DNA of 63,630 nt, counting the filler, from Pseudobdellovibrionaceae bacterium (GTDB lineage: Bacteria > Bdellovibrionota > Bdellovibrionia > Bdellovibrionales > UBA1609), in NCBI GenBank assembly GCA_030591685.1. It is 4 parts of 4 records of this genome, joined end to end, with 100 filler letters (N's around TTAATTAATTAA, not from the genome) between each part and the next. Parts side by side here need not be neighbours in the genome. Positions count along the whole stretch, not along the records: positions 39,066 to 61,173 come from JAUVAX010000036.1; 3 more parts are not named here. One strand, given 5' to 3'. This document shows positions 39,306 to 49,511 of the stretch, one piece after another; positions within the stretch are counted from its first letter, which is position 1, and each line of letters starts with the position of its first letter. Both the position numbers and the translations under genes were made by a program. Below the pieces are notes generated by a model. It searched no databases. It was not told the origin of the DNA and was given only the letters and a program-made list of their open reading frames with translations.

Positions 39306-40151
39306 TTAACTAAACGAATTATTCAGTAATTGAAGCGCTGACTTCGCCGACTGATTGGCTTGTGAAAGCACGGATATGCCGGCTTGTGTTAATATACTAT
39401 TCTTTGTTAGCTCTGCTGTTTCTTCGGCAACATCCACATCTCGAATTCGAGAGTTGGCTGCAGACATGTTTTCAATCGATACAGCTAAGTTACTGATCGT
39501 TGATTGCAGTCTGTTTTGAATGGCACCAAAGTCGGCTCTCATTGCTGAAACCGATACAATTGACGAATCAATTGCAGATAGAGCATTCTGTGCAGAGGCC
39601 TTGTCGGCAACACTTGTTAGGTTTACACCTAGTGAGGCTGAGTTAGCATCTGCTTTAGAGGCGTCAAAAGACAGCCTATCTATGTTCGGATCGTTTCTGG
39701 TTCCTACTTGGAAATCCAAGATGGATCCAGTACCACTTAACAACTGAGTTCCGTTAAACTCTGTTGAATCAGCAATACGATCGATCTCCGAAACAAGCTG
39801 GTCATACTCCACATTCAAGAATTGACGTTCTACTGGTCCGATAGTGTCAGAAGCGGCCTGTACGGACAGTTCTCTAAGTCTTATTAGAATAGAACTGATT
39901 TCGTTAAGTCCACCTTCAGCCACCTGAATCAGTGAAACACCATCTTGTGCGTTTCTGGAAGCTTGCTTAAGACCTCTAATTTGGGCCTTTAGGTTTTCTG
40001 ATATTGCGAGACCGGCAGCATCGTCGCCGGCTCTGTTAATCCTTAAACCCGATGATAAGCGTTCTAAGCTCTTATCGAGTGCGTACTTTGTTGAATGCAA
40101 ATTTCTCTGTGCATTCAGCGAAGCGGTGTTTGTGTTTATTCGTAATCCCAT
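39306..40151 (-). CDS. fliC: Flagellin
   Basis: MGLRINTN, LSSGLRIN.AGDDAAGLAIS, SRIRDVDVAEE; strong SD. Confidence 0.97.
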   Translation of the reverse strand: MGLRINTNTASLNAQRNLHSTKYALDKSLERLSSGLRINRAGDDAAGLAISENLKAQIRGLKQASRNAQDGVSLIQVAEGGLNEISSILIRLRELSVQAASDTIGPVERQFLNVEYDQLVSEIDRIADSTEFNGTQLLSGTGSILDFQVGTRNDPNIDRLSFDASKADANSASLGVNLTSVADKASAQNALSAIDSSIVSVSAMRADFGAIQNRLQSTISNLAVSIENMSAANSRIRDVDVAEETAELTKNSILTQAGISVLSQANQSAKSALQLLNNSFS

Positions 40152-40241
40152 GGTTCCTCCTCCTTGAAGAATTTTTGGTATCATTCCTTTGACGCCGTGA
40201 AAGCTTCCGCCTTCATAAGGGGACTACATCCCTTACAAACC

Positions 40242-40269
40242 TCTTCGGTGTCTCGTTTTGAACATTTAG
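40242..40269 (-). promoter_or_regulatory. sigma28 promoter of the flagellin gene
   Basis: Minus strand CTAAA-N15-ACCGAAGA. Confidence 0.7.
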
Positions 40270-40486
40270 AGTTTTAGTCTCATTCTTAGATCTTTTATAC
40301 AAAAGTCGAGGTGATTAACCTCCTGCCGGCGTTTAAAAGGATCTCTAGCCTATTTACAGGCGAGTATTAATAATAAAAAATACGGAGGTCGTAATAAAAT
40401 TAGGTCTGAAAGTCGAGCTTTGGGGGACTTTTAGTTAAAAAAGGTGCTTTGATTGCAAGACGTATTTTAACCGTTAAATTTTAGAG

Positions 40487-40873
40487 TTAAAGTTGATTGA
40501 CCCAGTTTGTTATAGCAGTTTCAAGCTGGTACCCCATATTACTTGAGTAGCTTTGGTGACCACCATTGATTTTTATAACTATGCGAGAATTACTTACATT
40601 TGAAAGATCCACAAGGTTGCTATTTATAAGGGTGTCATGTGCTGACTGTACCGAGGCGACGGCAAAAAATGGTAATCTTTCATCATGGCAATTGCCGCAA
40701 GAGTCTCTGACCAAAGGGTAGAGTGTTGTTTTAAAGGCTATTGCGCTATCACTTAGGTTAGAGTTTGTGGAGGCAGCAGGGCTGGCAGTTGCCTCTGAAC
40801 CTTCTGGTTGAGCGCAATTTTGGTAAAGAAACAAAACAAGCAATAGAGAAAAAGAGAGGGCTAGACGTTTCAT
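40487..40873 (-). CDS. Monohaem c-type cytochrome lipoprotein
   Basis: YQNC lipobox and CGNCH haem motif. Confidence 0.8.
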   Translation of the reverse strand: MKRLALSFSLLLVLFLYQNCAQPEGSEATASPAASTNSNLSDSAIAFKTTLYPLVRDSCGNCHDERLPFFAVASVQSAHDTLINSNLVDLSNVSNSRIVIKINGGHQSYSSNMGYQLETAITNWVNQL

Positions 40874-41338
40874 ATAAGCCCCCTGCCTTTTATTATTAAG
40901 CTGATCTTATCATGAGAATAAAATGATGCTAAATACGTTGTGGTCGCATACAGTGAACGAATAATAGATAACATTAATACATACCTTTTCTGGGTTGTTA
41001 AAATATATAAGTTTATTTGCCGCAGACGTACAATGTTAGTACTTATAATAATATCATGTGAAGGTTAGAACCCGTAAACAGAAAGGCTATGTTGTCTCAA
41101 AAAGTCCCTCACCTATTTATTATTGAGCACTAATGCCAAAAATAATTTGAGAAAATTTAAGTGTAGCAAACAGTGGGAACTAATAGGTTAAAGGATGATT
41201 GTAGTATTAAAGGTCTAAGGTAACTCGAAAAAATCAGCAGGGGTAAGGACCTAATGATACGCCTCTGTTGATTCTGCGACAGAGACTCGGCATTTTCTTT
41301 GTACAAACTAAACCAGAACCTTACAGCCTAGCCAAGGC

Positions 41339-42079
41339 CTATCTTTGAATGAGTTTATTAATGAGCTTTTTAATTTCATCTAGGGTTAGGTTTTTAATTT
41401 CAACTCTTGTATTCTCGGTTTCGGGGAGAAGTATGCCCTTGTCTATTCTTTTTATATTTGTTGATTCAGCGTCATAAAACAGAACCTTTTTATAAAAAGG
41501 CGACCACCAGTTTCTTTTTTTGCCGGGGTTTTTATAGGTTATTTTTGAGACTTTCCCGTTAACAAAAGTAAAGGTGGTGATGACTACACTTATATCCATA
41601 AGGTCGGTGTCCGAAAAAGGCTCATAAGTTTTGTCTGTTACAGTGATTTTAACGAGATCAGTGATTTCATTTATTTTTACTTTCTCTATTACGTGAGTGT
41701 AAATACCTTCGTCAATTTTGTTGGCCTTTGTGTTTAGGCGAACTGTGTACTTTTCATTAAAGGGGTTTCCTTGAGTTTCAAAGAGCTTGATGTATGTGTC
41801 TAAGCTAAGCCTTGCCTCTATAATATTAACATCGGCGGGGTTGTTGCTTTCGGGCTTGTCACTGTCTATCCTCTGAGCTCCAACATGGAGTGCAATTGGA
41901 TATTCGAGTGAGTGCTCTGAGATCCATGTGGTTTTGTAGATGAAGGTGTCTACGTAAATCTGCCCGGCAGGGTCCTTTTGTCGCTTGCCGCTATATGACC
42001 CTAAAAAATCAAGAGATAAAGAGTAAGCATTAAAGTTAAAAAAACCAGTGACGACAAGTAAAACTAATAATTGTTTCAT
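41339..42079 (-). CDS. Secreted hypothetical protein
   Basis: GGAG SD; signal peptide ending AYS. Confidence 0.78.
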   Translation of the reverse strand: MKQLLVLLVVTGFFNFNAYSLSLDFLGSYSGKRQKDPAGQIYVDTFIYKTTWISEHSLEYPIALHVGAQRIDSDKPESNNPADVNIIEARLSLDTYIKLFETQGNPFNEKYTVRLNTKANKIDEGIYTHVIEKVKINEITDLVKITVTDKTYEPFSDTDLMDISVVITTFTFVNGKVSKITYKNPGKKRNWWSPFYKKVLFYDAESTNIKRIDKGILLPETENTRVEIKNLTLDEIKKLINKLIQR

Positions 42080-42406
42080 TTTTGTAACTCCATTTTATTT
42101 TTTTAATATTAATAAATCCCCTTTAACATAGTATAGTTTTTATTAATTTCAATAACTCAACGCTAAATAAAAATCTTTACACCGTCGCGACTAAAAGATA
42201 TACACCCTAATCCTCTACTTCATGCCCCTCGGTGCTCACCTCTGTTACATTAAGGGGTTTGCGATGAACTTAAAGTTCATGTGCTCACGCAAAGCTACAT
42301 GACTTTAAGTTTTTAAGCGGTGCACGTTATAGAGTTCATATAGAAAGTATTTTTATGAAATGTCGCCCGGAGCTTTAAGGACTAAGAGGGCCCTAGTTAT
42401 AAAATT

Positions 42407-42916
42407 TTAATACTGATGAGTGCCGAGGTTTAAGTATGTTAAAAAAGAGTACTCTAGCGGGTCAGTTTTATCTATTTTTTCGGTTTGTTTAAACGAGTCC
42501 TCGTTAAGCTCAGGGTAAAAGGTATCACCATCTATATTTTTGTAAATTCGAGTTAAGTAGATTTTATTCACTAAATCGAGTGATTGCTTAAAAATCTCAC
42601 CCCCACCAATGATAAAGACCTCGTCGCCATATTTTGAGGTGTGTTTTTTGCTCTCTTCAAGGGCTTGGTTAAGTGAGGTCACTGTAATGGCCCCAGGTTT
42701 GGAGTAGCCAGGGTTTCTAGTGATGACTATATGTAGCCTATTTGGGAGGGGCTTACCGCCAGGTAAAGATTCAAAAGTTTTACGACCCATGATCATTATG
42801 TGATTATTAGTTTTGTCTTTAAAAAACTTTAAGTCCTCAGGGATGTGCCAGGGCAGGGTATTGTTAATACCAATAACATTATTTTCAGAAGCCGCAACAA
42901 TGTGGGATAAAATCAC
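42407..42916 (-). CDS. folA: Dihydrofolate reductase
   Basis: [33 protein letters not shown]; overlaps the thyA stop. Confidence 0.96.
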   Translation of the reverse strand: MILSHIVAASENNVIGINNTLPWHIPEDLKFFKDKTNNHIMIMGRKTFESLPGGKPLPNRLHIVITRNPGYSKPGAITVTSLNQALEESKKHTSKYGDEVFIIGGGEIFKQSLDLVNKIYLTRIYKNIDGDTFYPELNEDSFKQTEKIDKTDPLEYSFLTYLNLGTHQY

Positions 42917-43707
42917 ACCGCCACCTCTGCTTTTATATGAGGGTGTGGGTTGTAGTTAACAAGTTCGAAGTCTTCAAACTTGAAGTCAAAAATATTTTTA
43001 ACTTCTGGGTTGATGTTCATTTGAGGCAGGGGCTTTAAGTCTCGACTGAGTTGAAGCTTAGTTTGGTCCAGATGGTTTGAGTACAAATGAGCATCCCCTA
43101 TTGTGTGTATAAACTCACCAGGCTTTAAATCACACACCTGCGCGACCATTAGAGTTAAAAGTGCATAGCTGGCAATGTTAAAGGGGACGCCTAAAAAAAT
43201 ATCAGCTGAGCGCTGGTACATTTGGCAAGAGAGTCGCCCTTTAGCAACGTAAAATTGAAAAAACGCATGGCAGGGCGGCAGAGCCATCCCCTCAATTTCA
43301 CCAGGGTTAAAGGCCACAACTAAATGCCTTCTAGAGTCGGGGTTCGATTTAATTTGCTCAATCACATTTGAAATTTGATCGAAGGATCGGCCCTCGGAGT
43401 TACGCCAATCCCTCCACTGTGCCCCGTAGACACGGCCCAAACGGCCCTCATCGTCGGCCCAATCGTCCCAGATTTTGACCTTGTTTTTTTTGAGGTAATT
43501 AATGTTTGTATCGCCACTTAAAAACCAAAGAAGCTCATGGATAATGGATCTTAAATGTAGTTTTTTTGTCGTCACCAAGGGGAAGCCATCAGCCAGGTCA
43601 AAGCGCATTTGATGGCCAAAAACACTTAAAGTGCCTGTGCCTGTGCGGTCCTCTTTGTCGGCCCCGGTAGTAAGAACTCGGCTCATAAGCTCTGTATATT
43701 GCTTCAT
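42913..43707 (-). CDS. thyA: Thymidylate synthase
   Basis: [32 protein letters not shown]. Confidence 0.98.
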   Translation of the reverse strand: MKQYTELMSRVLTTGADKEDRTGTGTLSVFGHQMRFDLADGFPLVTTKKLHLRSIIHELLWFLSGDTNINYLKKNKVKIWDDWADDEGRLGRVYGAQWRDWRNSEGRSFDQISNVIEQIKSNPDSRRHLVVAFNPGEIEGMALPPCHAFFQFYVAKGRLSCQMYQRSADIFLGVPFNIASYALLTLMVAQVCDLKPGEFIHTIGDAHLYSNHLDQTKLQLSRDLKPLPQMNINPEVKNIFDFKFEDFELVNYNPHPHIKAEVAV

Positions 43708-43974
43708 TGGTCACCTCGGACGCTGTATTTAGTGGTAGGCTAGCTTTTTTTTGTGTTTCAGCCTAGTCCTAATACAGATTGTTATACAAAAATTTAATTC
43801 GACACTATAGGCTTCAGCCACTGAAGTGAAGCTAAAGATGCATAACTTATAAGCCTAGAGCTTATAGAGGGCCGAGTGGCCTTAAGAATATGATGTTTAT
43901 TTTAAGCTAAATGATGACCCGTCGTGGGGTCTAATGTTAGCTTAGCTCCTTTAATAGGCAAGGGGGCTTTTAGT

Positions 43975-45273
43975 TTGGAAATACGTGATCCCATACATGG
44001 TTCAATAGAATTAAACAGTTATGAGACCTCTATAATTGATAGTGTCGCCTTTCAGAGACTTCGGTCCATTAAGCAGCTGGGGTTTTCGGAGTTTTCCTTC
44101 CCGGGGGCGACTCATAATCGTTACCTTCACTCTATTGGGGTTTGCCATATCGCGGGGCAGGCGTTTGACAGCATTTTTAAAGGTTACACTTTTTCATCAA
44201 CAGAGTTTAAATCGCGTATGAGGCAAACTCTAAGGGTGGCCGCACTTTTACACGATATTGGTCATGGCCCTTTAAGCCATACAACCGAAGAGGTGATGCC
44301 TCGGTTAGCTGACCTAAATGTTTCAGTTTATAAAAACTCTAAAAATCACAAAGTAAACCCTGATAAAAAAGCCAATCACGAGGATTACGGGATTAAATTT
44401 ATCACTGACTCTGGGTTGACCTCTATAGTAGATAGCAATGAGGCCGGTATTACAGCCGTTCATATAGCTTGTTTAATAGATAAATCACTAGATGTTGATG
44501 ATGATTTTTTTATAGATAATGGCATAAACTTTAGAACCATCTTAAGCCAAGTTGTAAGCTCAGAGATGGATGTGGACCGCATGGACTACTTACTCCGTGA
44601 TGCTTATTTTTGTGGTACCAATTACGGCAAGGTAGAATTGAGCTGGCTACTCGCAAACACAACTTATTATAACAAAGAGGGTAATTTACATTTAGCGATT
44701 AACCGTCGAGCCCTATATACGTTTGATGATTTTTTATTAGCTCGTCATCATATGCACCTTATGGTGTACTTTCACCATAAGTGCATTATTTATGAAGAGT
44801 TATTATATCGTTACCTAACCAGTGATGAGTGTAGTTTTTATTTACCAAGTGATATTGATGAGTATTTAAGGTGTACTGACTATGCCCTTTATGAGCATTT
44901 GTCTAAAGTTCAAAACCCATGGGCGCGTCGAATAGCCAACCGAAACCCTTATAAAGTTGTCTTTGAGTTTCATTCGGTTAAGCCAACTCAGAGGGTTGAA
45001 AAAATGAAAGAGTATTTAACTAACGAGGGTATGAGTTGCATACTTGCTAATTCTACAACACGTTTAAGTAAGTACCATACCTCTTCAGAGCAAGACCGTG
45101 CCATGCATATATATGTTGTCGATCAGTACGACAGTCTTTCAAAGCCCTACCCCATTGAAGAGAGCACTGAGATTTTTCAAAAATACGAAGAGATACGTCG
45201 TATTGAACGGCTGTACGTGCCACCTGAAGACCTTAAAGAGGCGCAAGAAATTGTTGTAGATAAGGGGCTGTAG
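43975..45273 (+). CDS. HD-domain phosphohydrolase (SAMHD1/dNTPase-like)
   Basis: RDPIHG, FQRLRSIKQLG, HNRYLHSIG, LLHDIGHGP, DVDRMDYL; likely TTG start at 43975. Confidence 0.92.
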   Translation: MEIRDPIHGSIELNSYETSIIDSVAFQRLRSIKQLGFSEFSFPGATHNRYLHSIGVCHIAGQAFDSIFKGYTFSSTEFKSRMRQTLRVAALLHDIGHGPLSHTTEEVMPRLADLNVSVYKNSKNHKVNPDKKANHEDYGIKFITDSGLTSIVDSNEAGITAVHIACLIDKSLDVDDDFFIDNGINFRTILSQVVSSEMDVDRMDYLLRDAYFCGTNYGKVELSWLLANTTYYNKEGNLHLAINRRALYTFDDFLLARHHMHLMVYFHHKCIIYEELLYRYLTSDECSFYLPSDIDEYLRCTDYALYEHLSKVQNPWARRIANRNPYKVVFEFHSVKPTQRVEKMKEYLTNEGMSCILANSTTRLSKYHTSSEQDRAMHIYVVDQYDSLSKPYPIEESTEIFQKYEEIRRIERLYVPPEDLKEAQEIVVDKGL

Positions 45274-45306
45274 TTTAACTCATTTTTTCGATTAAAATCA
45301 AAAAAA

Positions 45307-45777
45307 CTAATTAGTAAAAGAGCAACTGAGCTCATCATTTGTGATCACGGTCTCGTCGGAGTCGTCAGCATTGGGTTTTGTGGTTAAAATTAAGAACCCT
45401 GTAAGCCATTTTTTTTCGTCATTTAAAATGATGATTCTTAAAAAAGAATTTTGATTATTTTTAGGTGGACTAAATTTAAAACCCAGGATGTTTTTTTCGG
45501 CGATGGCTTTTATTTTTTTAGCAATGCTGTCGGTAGAAGCGGTGATAATATGACCGGTATAGCTTTCGTAAACCTTATTCTTTTTATGCCAAACAGCTTG
45601 GGAGTTTATGTTATCAAAGTAGATACTAAAGCTCTCTTCGGTGGGGACCCCAAGGGGTGAGAGCCTTTTACAGTATATATGGTTAAAGAGTATGGTTTCA
45701 TATGGTCCCGATTTGGGCTCAAAACTCCACACTTGGAGTGAAAAAATCATCAATATAGAACTTACAAAAAACCTCAT
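45307..45777 (-). CDS. Secreted hypothetical protein
   Basis: Signal peptide and 2 Cys. Confidence 0.7.
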   Translation of the reverse strand: MRFFVSSILMIFSLQVWSFEPKSGPYETILFNHIYCKRLSPLGVPTEESFSIYFDNINSQAVWHKKNKVYESYTGHIITASTDSIAKKIKAIAEKNILGFKFSPPKNNQNSFLRIIILNDEKKWLTGFLILTTKPNADDSDETVITNDELSCSFTN

Positions 45778-45956
45778 GCACGCAACCTACAGTTTTATAC
45801 ACTCAGAGGCCAGAAGCAGCGCGCAAGGGAGCCGGTGGGGAAAGGGGCCTATGGACCGTAAGGTATTTAAACCATTAGGCTTTGCTAAAACAAAATCAGG
45901 GTAAATACGTACTCAGCGAGGTCATTTAGGGGGCAAAACTTTATGACCATGGGTGT

Positions 45957-47123
45957 TTAAAAAAAACTTGGGATGTCGGTGATGTGTTGGCCTAAAATAA
46001 GTTTGTGAATGTCTTCGGTCCCCTCGTAGGTGTTAACGCTTTCGAGGTTTTGCATATGACGGCCGCACTGATACTCATAGGTAATCCCGTTGGCCCCTAA
46101 AATATCTCGCGCCATACGGGCAATTTTGAGTGCTTTAGAGACATTATTCATTTTAGCCATAGAGATTTGCTGAGGGCTCCACTGGCCGCCATCCATACCT
46201 TTGCCTAAATGGTAGGCAAGTAATTGACCTTTTGTGATTTCGGTAAACATGTAAACAAGTTTACTTTGCACCAGCTGAAAACTGGCCAGGGGTTTGTTAA
46301 ACTGAATACGGGTCTTTGAGTACTCCAGGGCTTCATGGTAACAGGCCATGGCCGCACCTAAGCTCCCCCAAGAGATCCCATAGCGTGCTAAATTTAAACA
46401 TGAAAACGGGCCCTTTAACCCAGACACCTCTAGTTTGTGAGTCGAGGGGACGCGGCAGTTGTCTAGTATTAGCTCACTAGTAATGCTGGCTCTGAGGCTG
46501 TATTTTTTTTTGATTTCTTGAGTTTTAAACCCTGAAAAATCTTTTTCTACAATAAACCCTGAAATTTTACCGTCTTCAGTTTTAGCCCAAATAATAGCTA
46601 AATCCGCTATGCACCCGTTTGTGATCCACATTTTAGTACCGTTTAATATGTAATCACTGCCATCTTTGGTGGCCTTTGTGAGCAGGCCCCCAGGATTTGA
46701 TCCAAAATCAGGCTCGGTAAGTCCAAAGCATCCAATCAGCTCGCCTGTGGACATCTTAGGTAAAAACTTTTTCTTGAGTGTCTCTGAGGCATATTTATAA
46801 ATGGGGTACATACAAAGACCCCCCTGAACGCTTACAAAACTACGTATTCCGCTGTCGGCCCTTTCGATCTCTTGCATGATAAGTCCGTAGGCGGTGTAAC
46901 TGAGCCCTGGGCAGTTGTACCCTTTAAGGGTCGAACCAAAAACCCCCAAAGCCCCCAACCCTGGGATGATTTGCTTTGGGAAGACGCCCTGTTCGTGACA
47001 GTCAGCAATAATAGGCATTATGTTTTCAGTGACGTACTGCCTTACGGAGCTTCGGATGAGTTTTTCTTCATCAGTTAACAGGGCATCAAGATTATAAAAA
47101 TCAGGGGGTGTATAGGTATTCAT
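45957..47123 (-). CDS. Acyl-CoA dehydrogenase (glutaryl-CoA dehydrogenase-like)
   Basis: CFGLTEPDFGSNP, ARYGISWG, NTYEGTEDIH. Confidence 0.9.
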   Translation of the reverse strand: MNTYTPPDFYNLDALLTDEEKLIRSSVRQYVTENIMPIIADCHEQGVFPKQIIPGLGALGVFGSTLKGYNCPGLSYTAYGLIMQEIERADSGIRSFVSVQGGLCMYPIYKYASETLKKKFLPKMSTGELIGCFGLTEPDFGSNPGGLLTKATKDGSDYILNGTKMWITNGCIADLAIIWAKTEDGKISGFIVEKDFSGFKTQEIKKKYSLRASITSELILDNCRVPSTHKLEVSGLKGPFSCLNLARYGISWGSLGAAMACYHEALEYSKTRIQFNKPLASFQLVQSKLVYMFTEITKGQLLAYHLGKGMDGGQWSPQQISMAKMNNVSKALKIARMARDILGANGITYEYQCGRHMQNLESVNTYEGTEDIHKLILGQHITDIPSFF

Positions 47124-47348
47124 GTGAGCCTCGTGTAAAAAAAAGAGATTAATAAAAAGTTATTTTACGCTCTTTTAACTTAAACTTACAAGGGCAGAGG
47201 CGAGTATATTGGCCGAGACAAGGGGGGGCGAGAGGGGCGATCGTGTTGTTATTAATATTCAGGGTTTAAGCGTAAGCGGCAACTCTGCGTTAAAAGAAGA
47301 TTCCCACCCCACTCATTGCCCTTCAGTAATGACTTAGGTAAGTTACTT

Positions 47349-47404
47349 TTAAAGGTTAAAGGTTAAAGGTTAAAGGTTAAAGGTTAAAGGTTAAAGGTTA
47401 AAGG
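47349..47404 (+). repeat. Tandem repeat (TTAAAGG)8 abutting the purD SD
   Basis: Eight perfect units, the last running into AAGGAG. Confidence 0.95.
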
Positions 47405-47412
47405 AGTTATGG

Positions 47413-48672
47413 ATGAGAGTTTTAGTAATTGGTCAAGGGGGCAGAGAGCACGCCATTATTAGGGGCTTAAAACTCTCGCCCTCTATTACAGAGGTTCATG
47501 CCCTGCCCGGTCGAGAGGGGTTTTCATTAGATGAGGCGATTTGCCACCCCATTTCAGTGACTGATTTTGAGGGCATATATCGAACTGTTGAGCAGTGTAA
47601 TATTAGCTATGTCATTATTGGTCCCGAGGACCCGTTAGCTTTAGGCCTCTCTGATTTTTTGCGTGAAAAAGATGTATTGGTTGTTGCCCCCTCTCAAGGG
47701 GCCGCACAATTAGAGTCGTCTAAAATATATTCTAAAAAATTTATGACTGAGTTTGATATACCCACTTCAAGCTACGATATTGTTCAGTCTGTTGAGCAAA
47801 CACTTGTCGCCGCTAAAAACTACAAAGCCCCCTATGTTTTTAAAGTAGATGGGCTAGCGGCAGGCAAGGGCGTTTACATATGCCAAACACTTGAAGAGCT
47901 TAAAAAAGCCAGCATTGAGGTTTTTGAGGATCATAAGTTTAAAGACGCAGGTCTTACAGCCCTACTTGAAGAGTTTCAAGAAGGTTGGGAGATGAGTTAT
48001 TTAGTTTTAACTAATGGTGACGACTACGAAACAATGCCTTTATCGCAAGACCATAAACGTTTAAAAGACAATGACCTTGGCCCTAATACAGGTGGCATGG
48101 GGGCCGTCGGCCCACTCAATGTTGACCCTGAGCTATTAAAGCAAATAAAAACTGAAATATTAGATAAAACCATGCAGGGGCTTAAAAAAAGAAACCTGCT
48201 TTATAGGGGTACATTGTACGTAGGGCTTATGATTACAAAAGAGGGGCCTAGGGTTATAGAGTATAACGCGAGGTTTGGCGACCCAGAGGCTCAAATTATT
48301 ATGCCACTACTTGATGGTGAGTGGGGGGAGGTTTTTTATCAAATCTCCAAGGGTATTCTGCCCGAGGTTTCATGGAAGCCACTTTGTGTGGCCTGTGTTG
48401 TTATTGCTGCCGAGAACTACCCAGAGAGCCCCAAAAGAGGGGTGGTCATAAAGGGAGATATACTGCACGAAACAACCTCAAGTTATTTTTTACACTCAGG
48501 TACGGTTAAAAATAAAAACTCTGATTGGTGCACTGACGGCGGGCGCGTGTTAAACGCCATAGGTATTGGCAGTACGATGAAAGAGGCCCTTAGCAATGCC
48601 TACAAGCAGGCCAAGTATTCGTACTGGGATGGTATGCAAATACGAACAGATATTGGTAAAAAGATTTTATAA
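47413..48672 (+). CDS. purD: Phosphoribosylamine-glycine ligase
   Basis: GGREHA, GLAAGKGV, QDHKR..GPNTGGMG, EYNARFGDPE. Confidence 0.97.
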   Translation: MRVLVIGQGGREHAIIRGLKLSPSITEVHALPGREGFSLDEAICHPISVTDFEGIYRTVEQCNISYVIIGPEDPLALGLSDFLREKDVLVVAPSQGAAQLESSKIYSKKFMTEFDIPTSSYDIVQSVEQTLVAAKNYKAPYVFKVDGLAAGKGVYICQTLEELKKASIEVFEDHKFKDAGLTALLEEFQEGWEMSYLVLTNGDDYETMPLSQDHKRLKDNDLGPNTGGMGAVGPLNVDPELLKQIKTEILDKTMQGLKKRNLLYRGTLYVGLMITKEGPRVIEYNARFGDPEAQIIMPLLDGEWGEVFYQISKGILPEVSWKPLCVACVVIAAENYPESPKRGVVIKGDILHETTSSYFLHSGTVKNKNSDWCTDGGRVLNAIGIGSTMKEALSNAYKQAKYSYWDGMQIRTDIGKKIL

Positions 48673-48719
48673 AAAATAATAAGACTAATAAGACTAATAA
48701 AGTTCATAAAGAGATATAA

Positions 48720-49358
48720 ATGAAAAAGGCTATTGAACAATTAAAACTAGGGGCTGTTATAGCCTACCCAACAGAGACCTATTGGGGTCTGGGTGCTGAT
48801 GTTTACAATAAAACAGCTGTGGGTAAAATTTTTGACCTTAAAAAAAGAGATGCAAGTAAGGCCATCAGTGTTTTGGTGAGAGATATAGACATGGCAAAAG
48901 ACCTCGCCGAAATTTCTAAAAACGTTGAAGATTTAATGTATGTACTTTGGCCAGGGCCAGTAACTTTTGTTTTACCTAAAAAAGACACTGTACCTGAAGG
49001 GATACATAGAAACACAGGGTTTGTGGGGCTTAGAAACTCAAGCCACCCCTGGTGCCAAAGTTTATTTAATGACTATCAAGGGCCTATTACTACAACCAGT
49101 ATAAATATCAGCGGGGATCGCCCGGTGACATTAGCCTCGGAGCTTAAAGGGTTTTCAAAAGATATATACGTAGTCAGTAACAACGAAAGCCCCAATGGCA
49201 ATGCACAGTCTAGCTCTGACAGTGAGTTTGAAAACAACAGTCTAGGGAGCACGGTTATAAAAGTTTCAGGCGGTACGGTGAAAATATTAAGAGCTGGGGA
49301 TGTGAGTGCTGAAATTATCAATCAAGCAACAAGCTCATGCCAATTAAAAAACATTTAA
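48720..49358 (+). CDS. tsaC: L-threonylcarbamoyladenylate synthase (TsaC/Sua5)
   Basis: YPTETYWGLG, KKR, WPGPVT, TTSINISG. Confidence 0.92.
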   Translation: MKKAIEQLKLGAVIAYPTETYWGLGADVYNKTAVGKIFDLKKRDASKAISVLVRDIDMAKDLAEISKNVEDLMYVLWPGPVTFVLPKKDTVPEGIHRNTGFVGLRNSSHPWCQSLFNDYQGPITTTSINISGDRPVTLASELKGFSKDIYVVSNNESPNGNAQSSSDSEFENNSLGSTVIKVSGGTVKILRAGDVSAEIINQATSSCQLKNI

Positions 49359-49457
49359 TTATTTTTCAAAAGTTTCATAGGTAAACCCACAAACACTCTC
49401 TTTAGTGGTTTTAACTAAAGGGCCTTCTGAGTTTAAAGCCCCTTTGAGAGTTTAAAT

Positions 49458-49493
49458 AAAAAAAGCCCCGCTCAATGAGTGGGGCTTTTTTTT
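49458..49493. terminator. Bidirectional Rho-independent terminator
   Basis: A-run, GCCCCGCTC-aat-GAGTGGGGC hairpin, T-run. Confidence 0.9.
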
Positions 49494-49511
49494 AAAGCAA
49501 AGTTTACATGT

